Under the pieces are notes generated by a model. That model searched no databases and was not told the DNA's origin. It saw nothing but the letters and a program-made list of their open reading frames with translations. From positions 1-51,925 of the forward strand of contig JAZRAU010000081.1 in the NCBI GenBank assembly GCA_045634705.1: a DNA stretch of 51,925 bases, read 5' to 3'. Both the position numbers and the translations under genes were made by a program. Of the stretch, positions 15,655 to 25,579 are shown one piece after another. Source of the stretch: Eubacteriales bacterium (lineage in GTDB: Bacteria; Bacillota; Clostridia; Oscillospirales; CAG-272). The stretch's first letter is position 1. Every line of letters starts with the position of its first letter.

Positions 15655-16506
15655 ATGAAGGAAAACGAGCTGTTTGAGATCTCCGTGGCAGGCGGCCGCG
15701 GCGCCTTGTTGGCTCCTGGATATCACGATGATGCGTTTGAGTTCATTGAGGTTGTCAGGGGAAGCGCCGAGATTACGGTGGGCCTTACCAAGGTCAAGGC
15801 ACCGACGGGCTCCATTCTTCACCTTGTCCCCGGAAGTGTTCGTTATGCGGTGGCTTCGGGAGACGAGGAGTGCTTTATTCGTGTGATCGCCTACCGTCGC
15901 TCGGTCATCACCGCTTACGACCGTTTGGATGAGCGCATTCTTTCTCTTTACCTGCTCCCGATTGAAAATCATGCCGGACTTTTTCTCCCCGACCACCCCT
16001 TGCACGCAGGCCTTTCCTTTCATATGGAAAACGCCGTCAGCGAGTGGCGCGGCAAGGAACTGTTCCACACCTCAGTGATCCTTGCCGAGATCACGCACAT
16101 GATCTCTGCGGTTTTGCGTGAGTACGGGTACCGTGATGAAGCCGATCCCGAATATTATAATATGATGCGTATGGCGCCAACGGTGGAGTTTGTGCTTTCT
16201 CATTACTCCGAAAAGCTTCGCCTTGAGGAGCTGGCCGAGCATCTCTTCCTCTCTCCCGACCATTTTGGAAAGCTATTCCGTCAGACGGTAGGGCTTACCC
16301 CCATAGAGTACGTTAATTACGTGCGCATCTGCGCGGCACTGCGCTTGTTAGCTTCCACCGATTGGGTGATTGCCGACATCTCGAAAGCTGCGGGCTTTAC
16401 CAACGCCAACTATTTTCACAAGGTGTTCCGCGACCTTGTCGGAATTGGCCCTGCCGCCCTCCGCAAGCAGTGGAAGGCAATGAAAAGCGAGATCCAAAAC
16501 GCATAA
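15655..16506 (+). CDS. AraC-family transcriptional regulator (cupin sensor domain plus 2xHTH)
   Basis: 283 aa. The C-terminal region LSHYSEKLRLEELAEHLFLSPDHFGKLFRQTVGLTPIEYVNYVRICAALRLL...DISKAAGFTNANYFHKVFRDLVGIGP is a typical AraC HTH pair. Confidence 0.85.
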   Translation: MKENELFEISVAGGRGALLAPGYHDDAFEFIEVVRGSAEITVGLTKVKAPTGSILHLVPGSVRYAVASGDEECFIRVIAYRRSVITAYDRLDERILSLYLLPIENHAGLFLPDHPLHAGLSFHMENAVSEWRGKELFHTSVILAEITHMISAVLREYGYRDEADPEYYNMMRMAPTVEFVLSHYSEKLRLEELAEHLFLSPDHFGKLFRQTVGLTPIEYVNYVRICAALRLLASTDWVIADISKAAGFTNANYFHKVFRDLVGIGPAALRKQWKAMKSEIQNA

Positions 16507-16539
16507 AACAAGGCACCCCATTAAAGGGTGCCTTGTTTT
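16505..16539. terminator. bidirectional terminator shared by the AraC-family gene (+) and clpX (-)
   Basis: A perfect 14-bp stem, aaaacaaggcaccc (16505-16518) pairing with gggtgccttgtttt (16526-16539), with a 7-nt loop. The A- and T-runs are part of the stem arms. Confidence 0.85.
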
Positions 16540-17836
16540 ATGAAGCGCTCTGTGCGGCGTCAGATGCCGGAAGCGCCTCCTGCTTTCGGACAAGAAGGGG
16601 AGAGCATTTGCCGAGCACAACGTCCTCGGTAATGATGATCTTCTCCACGTCCTTTTCCGAGGGGATCTCGTACATAGAGGGGGTCATAATGCCCTCAAGG
16701 ATAGAGCGCAGACCGCGCGCACCGATCTCCTTAGCCAGTGCTTCTCTGGCAATGGCACGGAAGGCGCCCTCCTCGATCTCCAGCTCAACACCGTCAATGG
16801 CAAAAAGCTTGCGGTACTGCTTGTAGAGCGAGTTTTTGGGATCGCGTACGATCTTGACCAATGCCTCCTCGTCAAGGTTTTCAAGAGAAACGATGACGGG
16901 TAGACGGCCGACAAGCTCGGGAATAAGACCGTATTTGACGATGTCATGGGAGATCGCATCGCGGAATACGCCGCGCTCAATGCGCTCGCGCTTGCCACGG
17001 ATATCGCCGCCAAAGCCAATGACCTGATTGCCGCGCCGTTGCTCAATGATCGTTTCAAGGCCATCAAAGGCACCGCCGCAGATGAAGAGGATGTTCTCGG
17101 TCCGTATCTGGATGAACTCCTGATTGGGGTGCTTGCGGCCGCCCTGGGGAGGGACGTTGGCCACCGTGCCCTCAAGAATTTTCAGGAGCGCCTGCTGCAC
17201 GCCCTCGCCGGATACGTCACGCGTGATTGAACGGTTCTCGCTCTTTCTTGAGATCTTGTCGATCTCATCGATATAAATGATGCCGCGTTCGGCCTTTTCA
17301 ATGTCAAAATCGGCGGCCTGGATCAGGCGGAGAAGAATGTTCTCGACGTCCTCGCCCACGTAGCCTGCCTCGGTGTGGGTGGTGGCATCGGCAATGGCAA
17401 AGGGAACGCGCATGGTCTTGGCCAGGGTTTGGGCAAGGTAGGTCTTGCCGACGCCGGTGGGGCCGAGCAGAAGCACGTTGCTCTTTTGGATCTCCACACC
17501 GTCACCCGCATCGGTCTCCTTGGATAAAATGCGCTTATAGTGGTTGTAAACGGCCACAGACAGCACGCGCTTGGCCTCATCCTGACCGATGACATGCTCA
17601 TCAAGCTTTTCCTTGATCTCGCGGGGGCGGGGCAGCGTTTCCAGTGTCAGCTTTTCCTCGTCTGCACCGTTCTCCGCAGCTTGCATGGCCAGGCTTTCGT
17701 CGATCAGCTCGGCACAGGCTTTGACGCATTCGTCACAGATGAAAACACCGTCGGGAGAGGGGATCAGGAACATGACCTGATGCTCGGTGCGCCGACAGAA
17801 GGCGCAGGTGTGCGGTGCATTGTTGTTGGTTGGCAT
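16538..17836 (-). CDS. clpX: ATP-dependent Clp protease ATP-binding subunit ClpX
   Basis: C4 zinc-binding domain ([10 protein letters not shown]...FICDECV), Walker A ([15 protein letters not shown]), Walker B (IIYIDEIDK) and the IGF loop (VIGFGG). The start is set at ATG 17836 behind GAAAGGG. The track extension to 18001 overlaps clpP. Confidence 0.95.
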   Translation of the reverse strand: MPTNNNAPHTCAFCRRTEHQVMFLIPSPDGVFICDECVKACAELIDESLAMQAAENGADEEKLTLETLPRPREIKEKLDEHVIGQDEAKRVLSVAVYNHYKRILSKETDAGDGVEIQKSNVLLLGPTGVGKTYLAQTLAKTMRVPFAIADATTHTEAGYVGEDVENILLRLIQAADFDIEKAERGIIYIDEIDKISRKSENRSITRDVSGEGVQQALLKILEGTVANVPPQGGRKHPNQEFIQIRTENILFICGGAFDGLETIIEQRRGNQVIGFGGDIRGKRERIERGVFRDAISHDIVKYGLIPELVGRLPVIVSLENLDEEALVKIVRDPKNSLYKQYRKLFAIDGVELEIEEGAFRAIAREALAKEIGARGLRSILEGIMTPSMYEIPSEKDVEKIIITEDVVLGKCSPLLVRKQEALPASDAAQSAS

Positions 17837-17851
17837 ATAAAACCCTTTCGT

Positions 17852-17897
17852 ATAAAACGGGACCGCCGCGACGGCAGTCGGGTGGCGGTCCCTTTTT
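17852..17897 (-). terminator. intercistronic stem-loop / partial terminator between clpP and clpX
   Basis: A 9-bp GC stem, gggaccgcc (17859-17867) pairing with ggcggtccc (17884-17892), with an inner cgac/gtcg stem. On the minus strand it is followed by gtttta. Confidence 0.55.
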
Positions 17898-17900
17898 GTC

Positions 17901-18485
17901 TTAGATGCGCTTAGCGATGACCTTGTCAATGAGGCCGTATTCGGCGGCGGCATCGGCGGAGAGGAAGTTGTCGCGCTCGGTATCCCGTGCGATCTCCTCA
18001 AACGATTTTCCGGTGCGGTCGGAGAGGATACGGTTCAGTTTTTCTCTCGTGCTGAGGATGTGCTCGGCGTGGATTTTGATGTCCGAGGCCTGGCCCTGAG
18101 CGCCGCCGAGAGGCTGGTGGATCATAATTTCGCTGTTGGGGAGTGCAAAGCGCTTTCCCTTGGTACCGGCAGCAAGGAGGAAGGCTCCCATGCTGGCCGC
18201 CATACCGATGCAGATCGTAGAAACGTCACACTTGATAAAGTTCATCGTGTCATAGATCGCCAGCCCTGCGGAAACCGAGCCACCGGGGCTATTGATGTAG
18301 AAGGAGATGTCCTTGTCGGGATCCTGCGCCTCAAGATACAGCATCTGCGCCACCACAAGCGAGGCCGTGGTATCGTTGACCTCATCGGCAAGAAAGACAA
18401 TGCGGTCGTTCAAAAGACGAGAGTAGATATCAAAGGAGCGCTCCCCACGATTGGTCTCCTGAATGACCATTGGGACAAGTGCCAT
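17901..18485 (-). CDS. clpP: ATP-dependent Clp protease proteolytic subunit ClpP
   Basis: 194 aa. It carries [18 protein letters not shown], the catalytic Ser context [11 protein letters not shown], and the His in IMIHQPLGG. An AAGGAGG RBS is present. Confidence 0.96.
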   Translation of the reverse strand: MALVPMVIQETNRGERSFDIYSRLLNDRIVFLADEVNDTTASLVVAQMLYLEAQDPDKDISFYINSPGGSVSAGLAIYDTMNFIKCDVSTICIGMAASMGAFLLAAGTKGKRFALPNSEIMIHQPLGGAQGQASDIKIHAEHILSTREKLNRILSDRTGKSFEEIARDTERDNFLSADAAAEYGLIDKVIAKRI

Positions 18486-18508
18486 GGTGTGACCTCCTTT
18501 GGGAGTAA

Positions 18509-18847
18509 TTATTCTTCGGATTTCTTTGCCGCGGCGGTCTTCTTGGCAGCCGTGGTCTTCTTGGCAGCCGGCTTCTTTTCGGCGGCCTCGCCCTCAGCCT
18601 TGGGGGCCGCAGGCTTCTTCGCGGCCGCGGTCTTCTTGGCGGCCGCGGTCTTCTTGGCGGCAGGCTTCTTTTCGGCGGTCTCGCCCTCGGCCTTGGGAGC
18701 GGTAGTCTTCTTTGCCGCCGTGGTTTTCTTGGCGGCGGGCTTCTTTTCGGCAGGGGCTTCCGCGGCGGTCTCGGCATCGTCAGCCTTCTTCGCGGCCGTC
18801 TTCTTGGCGGCGGGCTTCTTGGCGACCTTCTTGGCGGGAGCCTCGGC
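18509..18847 (-). repeat. imperfect in-frame tandem repeat encoding three copies of [10 protein letters not shown](T/A)AAKKT...PKAEGE
   Basis: On the + strand it is visible as recurring cttcttggc(g/a)gcc...ggcttcttttcggcgg(c/t)ctcgccctc(a/g)gccttggg blocks. It lies entirely inside the 3' end of tig. Confidence 0.85.
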
Positions 18848-20122
18848 GACGGCAACAGCCTTCGACTTCACAAACTCGGCCGCGCCCTTAACGCGCAGAT
18901 CCTCGGTGATGCCGGCCTCCTCGACAAGCTTTCTGATCTCATCCTCGGGCATATTATATGCTTCGGAGAGACGCTGGTATTCGGCGGCGATGTCCTCGTC
19001 GCTGACCGTGATGCTCTCAAGCTCGGCGATCTTCTCAAGGGCAAGGCGGACCTTGACCTGCTGCTCGGCCTGGGGTCTCATCTGAGCGCGCATGATGTCA
19101 AGATTCATGCCGGTGTACTTGAAGTAGGTGGCAAGATCCAGCCCCTGCATGCGCAGACGGTTGTCGTAATCGCGGAGGAAGTTCTCGGTTTCAGCCTCAA
19201 ACATGCACTCAGGAATGTCGGCCTCCAGCTTATCAACGAGGGCGAGCATAACGTTCTCCTCGAACTGGCTGTCGGCGGCCTTCTTATTCTTCTCGGTCAT
19301 TTTCGCCATAACATCCTCGCGATATGCAGAGAAGGTGTCAAATTCCGAAACGTCCTTGGCAAACTCATCGTCAAGCGCGGGAAGCTCGGTAGACTTAATG
19401 GCGGAAAGCTTTACGGCAAACACAGCAGCCTTGCCGGCAAGCGATTTCTCGTGATACTCCTCGGGGAAGGTCACGTTCACGTCAAAGGTATCGCCAATGG
19501 CGTGGCCGACGATCTGATCCTCAAAGCCGGGGATGAACTGGCCGCTGCCAAGCTTCAGCTCGTGACCGCTCGCCTTGCCGCCGTCAAAGGCAACGCCGTC
19601 AACGCTACCGTCAAAATCGATCGTAACGGTATCACCCATAGCCGCGGGGCGGTCGGTAACGTCAACGGTACGGCCGTTGCGCTCACGGACACGCGCGATC
19701 TCGGCATCCACATCGGCCTCGGTAACGGCCTGCTCGTTGCGGACAGCCTCAATGCCGGCATAATCGGCGATCTTGACCTCGGGCTTTACGTAAACCTTAG
19801 CGATCAGCACAAGACCGTTCTCGTCCACGGTCTCAACGTCAAACTCGGGACGGCCGACAACGGACAGCTCGGACTCCTTGAGCGCCGCCTCGTAAGCGTC
19901 GGGAATGCAATCGTTGATCGCATCCTCATAGAAAACGCCCTTGCCGTACAGCTTTTCAATGATAAAGCGGGGGGCTTTGCCCTTGCGGAAGCCGGGAACG
20001 TTCATCTTGCCGACGTTTTTCTTGTAGGCCTTATTGACAGCCGCCTCAAAGGTGTCCTTGTCAACACCGATCGTCAGCGTGTAGAGATTCTTGTCTGTCA
20101 ATTCCTTCTTCATAAGACTCAT
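18509..20122 (-). CDS. tig: trigger factor (peptidyl-prolyl isomerase Tig) with a C-terminal Lys/Ala-rich repeat extension
   Basis: The N-terminal ribosome-binding motif is GFRKGKAPR. An FKBP domain ([29 protein letters not shown]) and the C-terminal arm domain follow, and then 112 extra residues of AKK/PAAKK repeats. A GGAGGAAAG RBS is present. Confidence 0.93.
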   Translation of the reverse strand: MSLMKKELTDKNLYTLTIGVDKDTFEAAVNKAYKKNVGKMNVPGFRKGKAPRFIIEKLYGKGVFYEDAINDCIPDAYEAALKESELSVVGRPEFDVETVDENGLVLIAKVYVKPEVKIADYAGIEAVRNEQAVTEADVDAEIARVRERNGRTVDVTDRPAAMGDTVTIDFDGSVDGVAFDGGKASGHELKLGSGQFIPGFEDQIVGHAIGDTFDVNVTFPEEYHEKSLAGKAAVFAVKLSAIKSTELPALDDEFAKDVSEFDTFSAYREDVMAKMTEKNKKAADSQFEENVMLALVDKLEADIPECMFEAETENFLRDYDNRLRMQGLDLATYFKYTGMNLDIMRAQMRPQAEQQVKVRLALEKIAELESITVSDEDIAAEYQRLSEAYNMPEDEIRKLVEEAGITEDLRVKGAAEFVKSKAVAVAEAPAKKVAKKPAAKKTAAKKADDAETAAEAPAEKKPAAKKTTAAKKTTAPKAEGETAEKKPAAKKTAAAKKTAAAKKPAAPKAEGEAAEKKPAAKKTTAAKKTAAAKKSEE

Positions 20123-20175
20123 GGATCTTTCCTCCGAAAATAGAAAAATTGAAAATGTAATTAATTAGTCGTATT

Positions 20176-20204
20176 ATTTTACCGCATTCGCCGTCGAATG
20201 TCAA
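20176..20204 (-). promoter_or_regulatory. sigma-A promoter of tig(-clpP-clpX)
   Basis: The minus strand reads TTGACA (20204-20199), a 17-nt spacer, then TAAAAT (20181-20176). Confidence 0.6.
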
Positions 20205-20243
20205 GCGGTATTCCAAACTTTTGGGTGCATTTTTTCGTTTTTT

Positions 20244-20972
20244 TCAGTTTGGTAAAATGATGCGTGGGGTAAAGTTAAGATAATCGGCCGACGTGAGATA
20301 AAAATCGATCCCCTCATAGGAGAGATGTGGCGGTGCCGTATAATTGCCGTGAATGTGGCCGAAATAACAGCGGCGGATCCCATACCGCAGGAGAATTTCC
20401 ACAAACGGAGCAACAACCCGCCCGTTCCAGATGGGGGGGAAGTGCATAAACGCCAATATTTCTTTTTTCTCCGCGCCGACGCAGTTTTTGGCGGCGGAAA
20501 GGCTCAATTCGAGGCGCCCCGCTTCACGTGCGACGATCTTCTCAAAATCAGCGGTGGTGGTTTTTTCGGCCACTTCCTCCTCAAGGAACCAGCCGCGCGT
20601 TCCCGTTAAAACGTATTCCTCGGTTTCGATCGCATTATTGAAAAGGAAGGAGATTGTCGAAAGTCCCCATTCCTCCTTGGCCGCGCAGAGCTTTGACATG
20701 CTGGACCACCAGAAATCGTGGTTTCCCTTGCCGATGTACTTTCGGCCGGGGAGCGCATTGATAAAGGAGAGGTCGGCCCTGGCATCGCCAAGAGTCAGCG
20801 CCCAGGAAATGTCACCAGGAAGGATGATATCGTCATGATCGGTGACAAGACCGCGCCAACGGCTTTCCAGCTTTTCCATGTAGCCTGTCCAGCGGCGGCC
20901 GAAAACGTCCATGGGCTTGTTGCAATCCTCGTTCAGCGAGAGGTGCAGGTCGGCTATTACGAATGTTGACAT
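20244..20972 (-). CDS. metallophosphoesterase (calcineurin-like phosphoesterase superfamily)
   Basis: It carries the motifs [26 protein letters not shown] and FGHIHG. The start is set at ATG 20972 behind GGAGGTG. Confidence 0.8.
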   Translation of the reverse strand: MSTFVIADLHLSLNEDCNKPMDVFGRRWTGYMEKLESRWRGLVTDHDDIILPGDISWALTLGDARADLSFINALPGRKYIGKGNHDFWWSSMSKLCAAKEEWGLSTISFLFNNAIETEEYVLTGTRGWFLEEEVAEKTTTADFEKIVAREAGRLELSLSAAKNCVGAEKKEILAFMHFPPIWNGRVVAPFVEILLRYGIRRCYFGHIHGNYTAPPHLSYEGIDFYLTSADYLNFTPRIILPN

Positions 20973-21046
20973 AACACCTCCGTGTGGTATAGGATATGCA
21001 AAACGGTGGGAACATATTGTTACCCTAATGCGAAAGGAGAAAAGCA

Positions 21047-21253
21047 ATGTCCGATATGGAGAACAGCCGCAAGGAGCTGAAGGGCGTGAGCTGTGATGCC
21101 GTGCAGTGCGTGCATCACGGCAAGGAAAACACGTGTCACGCCAAGGCGATCTCGGTCGGTCCTCACAGCGCCGAGAGCATGACGGAGACCGTCTGTGCCA
21201 CCTTTAAGGCCAAGGAGGATCCCGTTTGCGACATCACGGGGGACTGCCGTTGA
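21047..21253 (+). CDS. DUF1540-type small cysteine-rich protein
   Basis: 68 aa. VSCDAVQCVHHGKENTCHAKAISVG fits the C-x4-C-x8-C pattern of DUF1540 as I remember it. Three further Cys are present. A GAAAGGAGAA RBS is present. Confidence 0.65.
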   Translation: MSDMENSRKELKGVSCDAVQCVHHGKENTCHAKAISVGPHSAESMTETVCATFKAKEDPVCDITGDCR

Positions 21254-21300
21254 CGGCGCGCGGGCAGAGCCCGCGTACATAATCGGCGGCGGAGCTTTTC

Positions 21301-22794
21301 TTACCGGTTTCCGTCAGTGGCAAAACGCATGACCGCCTCAGCCATATCCTCGTGTCGGATCGTTTCGGCGTGCAGGATTGGCTTTTGATCAAGACCGGTG
21401 AGTGGCGAGGGGATCTTTGTTGCCGACACCCTTTCAAGAGCCAAAAGGGCTTCGGTACCCTCGGGAGCATCCTCGCCCTTGATGGCCGTGTAAACGGCGG
21501 GGGCGAACTTATAGGGGCTGGCGGTGGAGGCGAGCACAATGGGCGCCTTTCCTTCTGCAATGTTCAGGTGCTTTCTTGCCGCGCCGTAGCCAACGGCGGT
21601 GTGCGTATCAATGAGATAGCCATAACGGGTGAAGGCGGTGCGGATAGTTCCCGCCGTTTCCGCCTCGTCACAGCAGTAGCCGGTGAAGATTTTCTTGATC
21701 TCGGCAATTTCGCTTTCTGCCAAAGAATAAACGCCGAATTCCGAGAGCTTTTTCATGTAATCGGCAGTCTTTTCGGGGCCGACAATGAGATAAAGCAGGC
21801 GCTCCAGGTTGCTGGAAATGAGGATATCCATGGAGGGAGAGACCGTCATATGGAAGTCGCGGTTGCGGTCGTAGGTGCCGGTTTCCAGAAACTCGGTCAG
21901 GACGTTGTTGCTGTTTGAGGCGCAGATGAGGCGGCCGATCGGCACCCCCATAAGGCGGGCGAGATAGGCGGCAAAGATGTTACCGAAGTTGCCCGTGGGT
22001 ACGGCGATGTCAATGGGCTTGCCTGCCTCGGTGTATCCTGCCGTCAGCATGTCGCAGTAGGCGGAGACGTAATAAGCGATCTGCGGAGCCAGACGGCCCC
22101 AATTGATCGAGTTGGCGCTCGAAAGGAAAACGCCGGCATCGTTCAATTCTTTGGCAATGGCAGCATCGGAGAAAATGCGCTTTACGCCGCTTTGGGCATC
22201 GTCGAAGTTGCCGTAAATTCCGCGCACGCCGACGTTGCTCCCTTCTTGGGTGGTCATCTGCAGCTTCTGGATGCGGCTGACGCCGTCGGTGGGATAGAAA
22301 ACGAGGATCTTGACGCCGTCCACGTCGCGGTAGCCCTCAAGGGCGGCCTTGCCGGTATCGCCCGATGTAGCGACCAGAATGAGCGCTGCGCGATCCTCAC
22401 CGGTCTTTTTCAGGGCGCGGGAAAGCAGGCGGGGCATGATCTGGAGGGCCATATCCTTGAAGGCCGATGTGGGGCCGTGCCAAAGCTCCAGGGAATACAC
22501 GTTGCCGTCGATCGGGCGCAGAGGGGCGGCTCCGCCGGGAAAACGGCTCTCGGCATAGGCGGCGCGGCAATCCTCAAGGAGCTCCTCCTCTGTGTAATCG
22601 GTCAGATACAGCGAAAGGATCCTGGCGGCACGCTCGGGATAAGACAACTTGGCAAGCGAGGCAAGGTCCTCGGTCGAAAGCGTCGGAATGCTCTCGGGCA
22701 TATACAGTCCGCCGTCGGGAGCGAGACCGTTTTTAATGGCAACGGCGGCATTGACCGCCTCACCGCTTGTGGTTCTTGTGCTTCTGTACTTCAT
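21301..22794 (-). CDS. thrC: threonine synthase (long form)
   Basis: The N-terminus MKYRSTR...LAPDGGLYMP is characteristic. The PLP lysine context is GPTSAFKDMALQ, and TSGDTGKAA is also present. The start is set at ATG 22794, because the track start 22839 overlaps the upstream dipeptidase gene. Confidence 0.92.
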   Translation of the reverse strand: MKYRSTRTTSGEAVNAAVAIKNGLAPDGGLYMPESIPTLSTEDLASLAKLSYPERAARILSLYLTDYTEEELLEDCRAAYAESRFPGGAAPLRPIDGNVYSLELWHGPTSAFKDMALQIMPRLLSRALKKTGEDRAALILVATSGDTGKAALEGYRDVDGVKILVFYPTDGVSRIQKLQMTTQEGSNVGVRGIYGNFDDAQSGVKRIFSDAAIAKELNDAGVFLSSANSINWGRLAPQIAYYVSAYCDMLTAGYTEAGKPIDIAVPTGNFGNIFAAYLARLMGVPIGRLICASNSNNVLTEFLETGTYDRNRDFHMTVSPSMDILISSNLERLLYLIVGPEKTADYMKKLSEFGVYSLAESEIAEIKKIFTGYCCDEAETAGTIRTAFTRYGYLIDTHTAVGYGAARKHLNIAEGKAPIVLASTASPYKFAPAVYTAIKGEDAPEGTEALLALERVSATKIPSPLTGLDQKPILHAETIRHEDMAEAVMRFATDGNR

Positions 22795-22807
22795 AATGCT
22801 ACCTGTC

Positions 22808-23704
22808 TTATACATATTTACCGAGAAGATTCTCGGCATTTTTACTGAAAAATTTTTCGATCATGCACTCGGAGTACCCGAGGCGTGCCATTTCGTTGGC
22901 AAGGTGCGTGAGTGCGCGGGTGTTGGGAAGATCGTTCGGCACCGTATCGATCCCGTCAAAATCTGTGCCAAGCGCCACGGTGTCCTCGCCGCCAAGCGAA
23001 AGATAATGCTCAAGATGACGGAGAACGTCGGCTGATGTGGCTACGCCCGCGGGGGAGAGATGCGGAGGATACAGCGAGATGCCGCACACACCGCCCGAAT
23101 CCCGCAGCGCCGTGAACTGTTCATCGGTCAGGTTGCGGGTGTGGGGGCAAACCGCGTATGAGTTGGAGTGTGAGGCAATAAAGGGGAGACCGCGTTCCTT
23201 GGCAGCGGCCGCCACATCCCAAAAGCCGACGACCGAGGTGTGGGAAACGTCGGGAAGGATCCTCAGTGCAAAGCAATCGGACAGTACCTCGCGCCCAAAG
23301 GGGGTTAATCCCATGCTTGTGTTATGGGCACCGCCTATGCAGCTGACCCCTTGCCAATTGAGGGTGAGAACGCGCACTCCCGCCTCATATAAAATAGGAA
23401 GGCGCGCTCGTTTTCCGGCAAGAAGGCGGGCATCCTCCACCGAGAGGACGGCAATAAAGGTTGAAGATAGGTGAGGCGCAAGCTCTGCCATAAGTCTGTC
23501 GCGGATGAAGAAAAAATCCTGCCAAACAGCCTCGTCGTCAAGACTTTTGTTTGAAAAGACGGCATAAATGCGCCGAAGGGGAGAGAAGTGTGCCTTATCA
23601 AGCGAGGAGGCACCTAATGCGGGATCGTTGAAGGATTTGTTTTTGTAGTAAAGCTCCGATGCCGTGTCAACGTGAAGATCAAAAAGCTTCATAGGCTCCC
23701 TCAT
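22808..23704 (-). CDS. membrane-dipeptidase-family (peptidase M19) metallodipeptidase
   Basis: It carries LFDLHVDT, the VLTLNWQG-type strand, SHTS, ASHSNSYAVCPHTRNLTDEQ and LGTDFDG. The start could also be ATG 23692 (MKLFDLH). Confidence 0.8.
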   Translation of the reverse strand: MREPMKLFDLHVDTASELYYKNKSFNDPALGASSLDKAHFSPLRRIYAVFSNKSLDDEAVWQDFFFIRDRLMAELAPHLSSTFIAVLSVEDARLLAGKRARLPILYEAGVRVLTLNWQGVSCIGGAHNTSMGLTPFGREVLSDCFALRILPDVSHTSVVGFWDVAAAAKERGLPFIASHSNSYAVCPHTRNLTDEQFTALRDSGGVCGISLYPPHLSPAGVATSADVLRHLEHYLSLGGEDTVALGTDFDGIDTVPNDLPNTRALTHLANEMARLGYSECMIEKFFSKNAENLLGKYV

Positions 23705-24106
23705 TCAAGGATAAAAAGCGTTTTTGATGTGTACGATCCGTTTGACTTTCGAGCGTCCGTTCTTTTTTGGGGGTTCCAGATAGACCTCGATGACATCCAT
23801 GCGAACGTCTCCCTGCCAGCCGATCCTTTTGACGTACGCACGCGCCGCCACGGAAAGATTGTGCTGCTTTTGGCCGTTCACTGCCTGCGACGGTGATCCG
23901 TAGGGAGAGGGCGCGCCCTCAGCGCGTGTGCGTGTCTTTACCTCACAGATGACGAGGACGCCGCGGCGCTTGGCAATGATGTCGATCTCCTTGCGGTAAA
24001 AAAACCAGTTGCGCTCCAGAACGCGGTAAAAGCGACGCCGTAGGTATCGGGTGGCTGCCCGTTCTCCGAGATCGCCGCGCAGGCGAGTGAAGGTTTTATC
24101 TCTCAT
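23705..24106 (-). CDS. yraN: YraN-family (UPF0102) endonuclease-like protein
   Basis: 133 aa. It carries [21 protein letters not shown]...[20 protein letters not shown], a PD-(D/E)xK-like core. Its ATG overlaps the rnhB stop. Confidence 0.85.
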   Translation of the reverse strand: MRDKTFTRLRGDLGERAATRYLRRRFYRVLERNWFFYRKEIDIIAKRRGVLVICEVKTRTRAEGAPSPYGSPSQAVNGQKQHNLSVAARAYVKRIGWQGDVRMDVIEVYLEPPKKNGRSKVKRIVHIKNAFYP

Positions 24107-24708
24107 TTTTCAAGGAATTTCAGGAAGGAACGGCGGTGGATCGGGGTTGGACCGTACTTCCGCACAGCTTCCATATGCGCGGCGGTGGGGTAGCCCTTGT
24201 GGCCGGCAATGCCGTATTCGGGGTAAAGCTTATCGTGCTCAAGGCAGAGGCGGTCACGCGTAACCTTGGCAAGGATAGATGCTGCCGAGATCGAGGAGGA
24301 AAGTGCGTCTCCCTTGACGATGCCCACCGCAGGGATCGGTATATTTTTTACCGTATTTCCATCGATCAAGGCAAAGTCTGCCGATGGGGAAAGTCCTAAA
24401 ATGGCACGGCGCATCGCCAGCATGGTGGCCCCGAGAATGTTGTATTCGTCGATCTCCTCTGGAGAGGCGGAGGCAATGGCATAGGCCAGCGCCTGATCGC
24501 GGATCACGTCAAAGAGAGCCTCCCGCTTTTTCTCGGTCAGCTTTTTGGAGTCGTTAAGCCCGGGAATATCCGTATCCGGTCGGAGAATGACAGCGGCGGC
24601 AACAACCGGGCCGCAAAGCGGACCTCGGCCCGCTTCATCGACGCCGCAAACGAGAGGATATCCCTCGGCTATGTAATGCTTTTCGTAAGAAAGGTCAGGC
24701 ATGGTCAT
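24103..24708 (-). CDS. rnhB: ribonuclease HII
   Basis: It carries [25 protein letters not shown] and [10 protein letters not shown]. The start is uncertain: ATG 24708 is chosen, ATG 24702 is possible, and the track gives TTG 24729. Every option overlaps the 3' end of rbgA. Confidence 0.9.
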   Translation of the reverse strand: MTMPDLSYEKHYIAEGYPLVCGVDEAGRGPLCGPVVAAAVILRPDTDIPGLNDSKKLTEKKREALFDVIRDQALAYAIASASPEEIDEYNILGATMLAMRRAILGLSPSADFALIDGNTVKNIPIPAVGIVKGDALSSSISAASILAKVTRDRLCLEHDKLYPEYGIAGHKGYPTAAHMEAVRKYGPTPIHRRSFLKFLEK

Positions 24709-25579
24709 CACCCGTTGTTGGCCACTCAAGGGAAATGCGCCCCAAGGTGCCTTTACGAAATTCGTCGAGCAGCGTTTTTGCGGTCCTTTCGGTGTTGATC
24801 ACCCCACCCGACAGGCGGAACCCACGGTGAGCGCCGATCGCCTCCATGAGCTCGTAGGAGGGTAGGGTCAGCTCCTCTGTGCTGATCTTGTAGCGCTCGG
24901 CCAACCGTTCGGGATAATGCTCCGCCAGCGTTTCAAGGAGGCGGCAGGAGATCTCCTCAAGGTCAAGGATCTGATCCTTGATCGCTCCCGTAACGGCCAG
25001 CGCAAGGCCCGTGGCGTGGCTCTCGAACTTCGGCCAAAGCACGCCGGGCATATCCAAAAGATCAAGACCGTCAAAGGCGGGCACCCATTGCTTTGTCACC
25101 GTGACGCCGGGGCGGTTTTCGACCTTTGCCTTCTTGCCGCCCGAGAGGCGGTTGATGAGCGAGGATTTTCCCACGTTGGGGATCCCCACGATCATGGCGC
25201 GTAGGTGGCGGCCCGACATTCCTTTTTCCTGATAGCGACCCACCTTCTCGGAAAGGATCTCCCGAACGGCTGCGGGCACGCTTCCGATGCCCTCACCGCT
25301 GATACAGTCAACAGCAAGGCAGGCGATGCCACGGCTCTCATAGTAGCTCTTCCACGCCTTGGTGGCGCCGGGGTCGGCAAGACTGCTCTTGTTAAGGATC
25401 TTGAGGAGCGGCTTGCCGTCGGTCAGCTTTCTTATCTCGGGGTTTGAAGAGCTTTTTGGAATGCGGGCATCAAGCAGCTCAAGAACGATATCGACAAGCG
25501 GCAGGCATTCCGCCATAAGCCGCCGTGTTTTGGCCATGTGGCCGGGGAACCACTGTATGGTATCGGCTTGCATTTTCAA
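24695..25579 (-). CDS. rbgA: ribosome biogenesis GTPase A (YlqF/RbgA), circularly permuted GTPase
   Basis: It carries [11 protein letters not shown], the permuted order NKSSL (G4) before [12 protein letters not shown] (G1), and DMPGVLWP. Its ATG overlaps the lepB stop. Confidence 0.92.
   Translation of the reverse strand: MKMQADTIQWFPGHMAKTRRLMAECLPLVDIVLELLDARIPKSSSNPEIRKLTDGKPLLKILNKSSLADPGATKAWKSYYESRGIACLAVDCISGEGIGSVPAAVREILSEKVGRYQEKGMSGRHLRAMIVGIPNVGKSSLINRLSGGKKAKVENRPGVTVTKQWVPAFDGLDLLDMPGVLWPKFESHATGLALAVTGAIKDQILDLEEISCRLLETLAEHYPERLAERYKISTEELTLPSYELMEAIGAHRGFRLSGGVINTERTAKTLLDEFRKGTLGRISLEWPTTGDDHA

Noticed and set aside
17837-18001. A 55-codon N-terminal extension of clpX in the track ORF
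   Set aside because: It overlaps the 3' end of clpP in another frame and crosses the intercistronic hairpin. The canonical ClpX zinc-ribbon N-terminus begins at ATG 17836, which has its own RBS.
18509-18847. A repetitive DNA block that might have been a CRISPR-like or intergenic repeat array
   Set aside because: The repeats are imperfect, contiguous (no spacers), GC-rich and in frame with tig. This is a coding tandem repeat, not a CRISPR array.
18060-19085. A 341-aa + strand ORF rich in Ala/Phe/Leu repeats
   Set aside because: It is the antisense shadow of clpP and the tig repeat tail. Its repetitiveness simply mirrors the AKK repeat on the other strand.
21259-21275. A GC hairpin (cgcgggc aga gcccgcg) between the convergent DUF1540 gene and thrC, considered as a terminator
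   Set aside because: It is a 7-bp stem with no U-tract on either strand, so I could not support a rho-independent terminator call.
23705-24106. The YraN endonuclease-like gene, and the XRE regulator at 5582..6427, as possible toxin-antitoxin or defence components
   Set aside because: YraN is in its conserved housekeeping context next to rnhB. The XRE protein is a large HTH-TPR regulator with no adjacent small toxin ORF.
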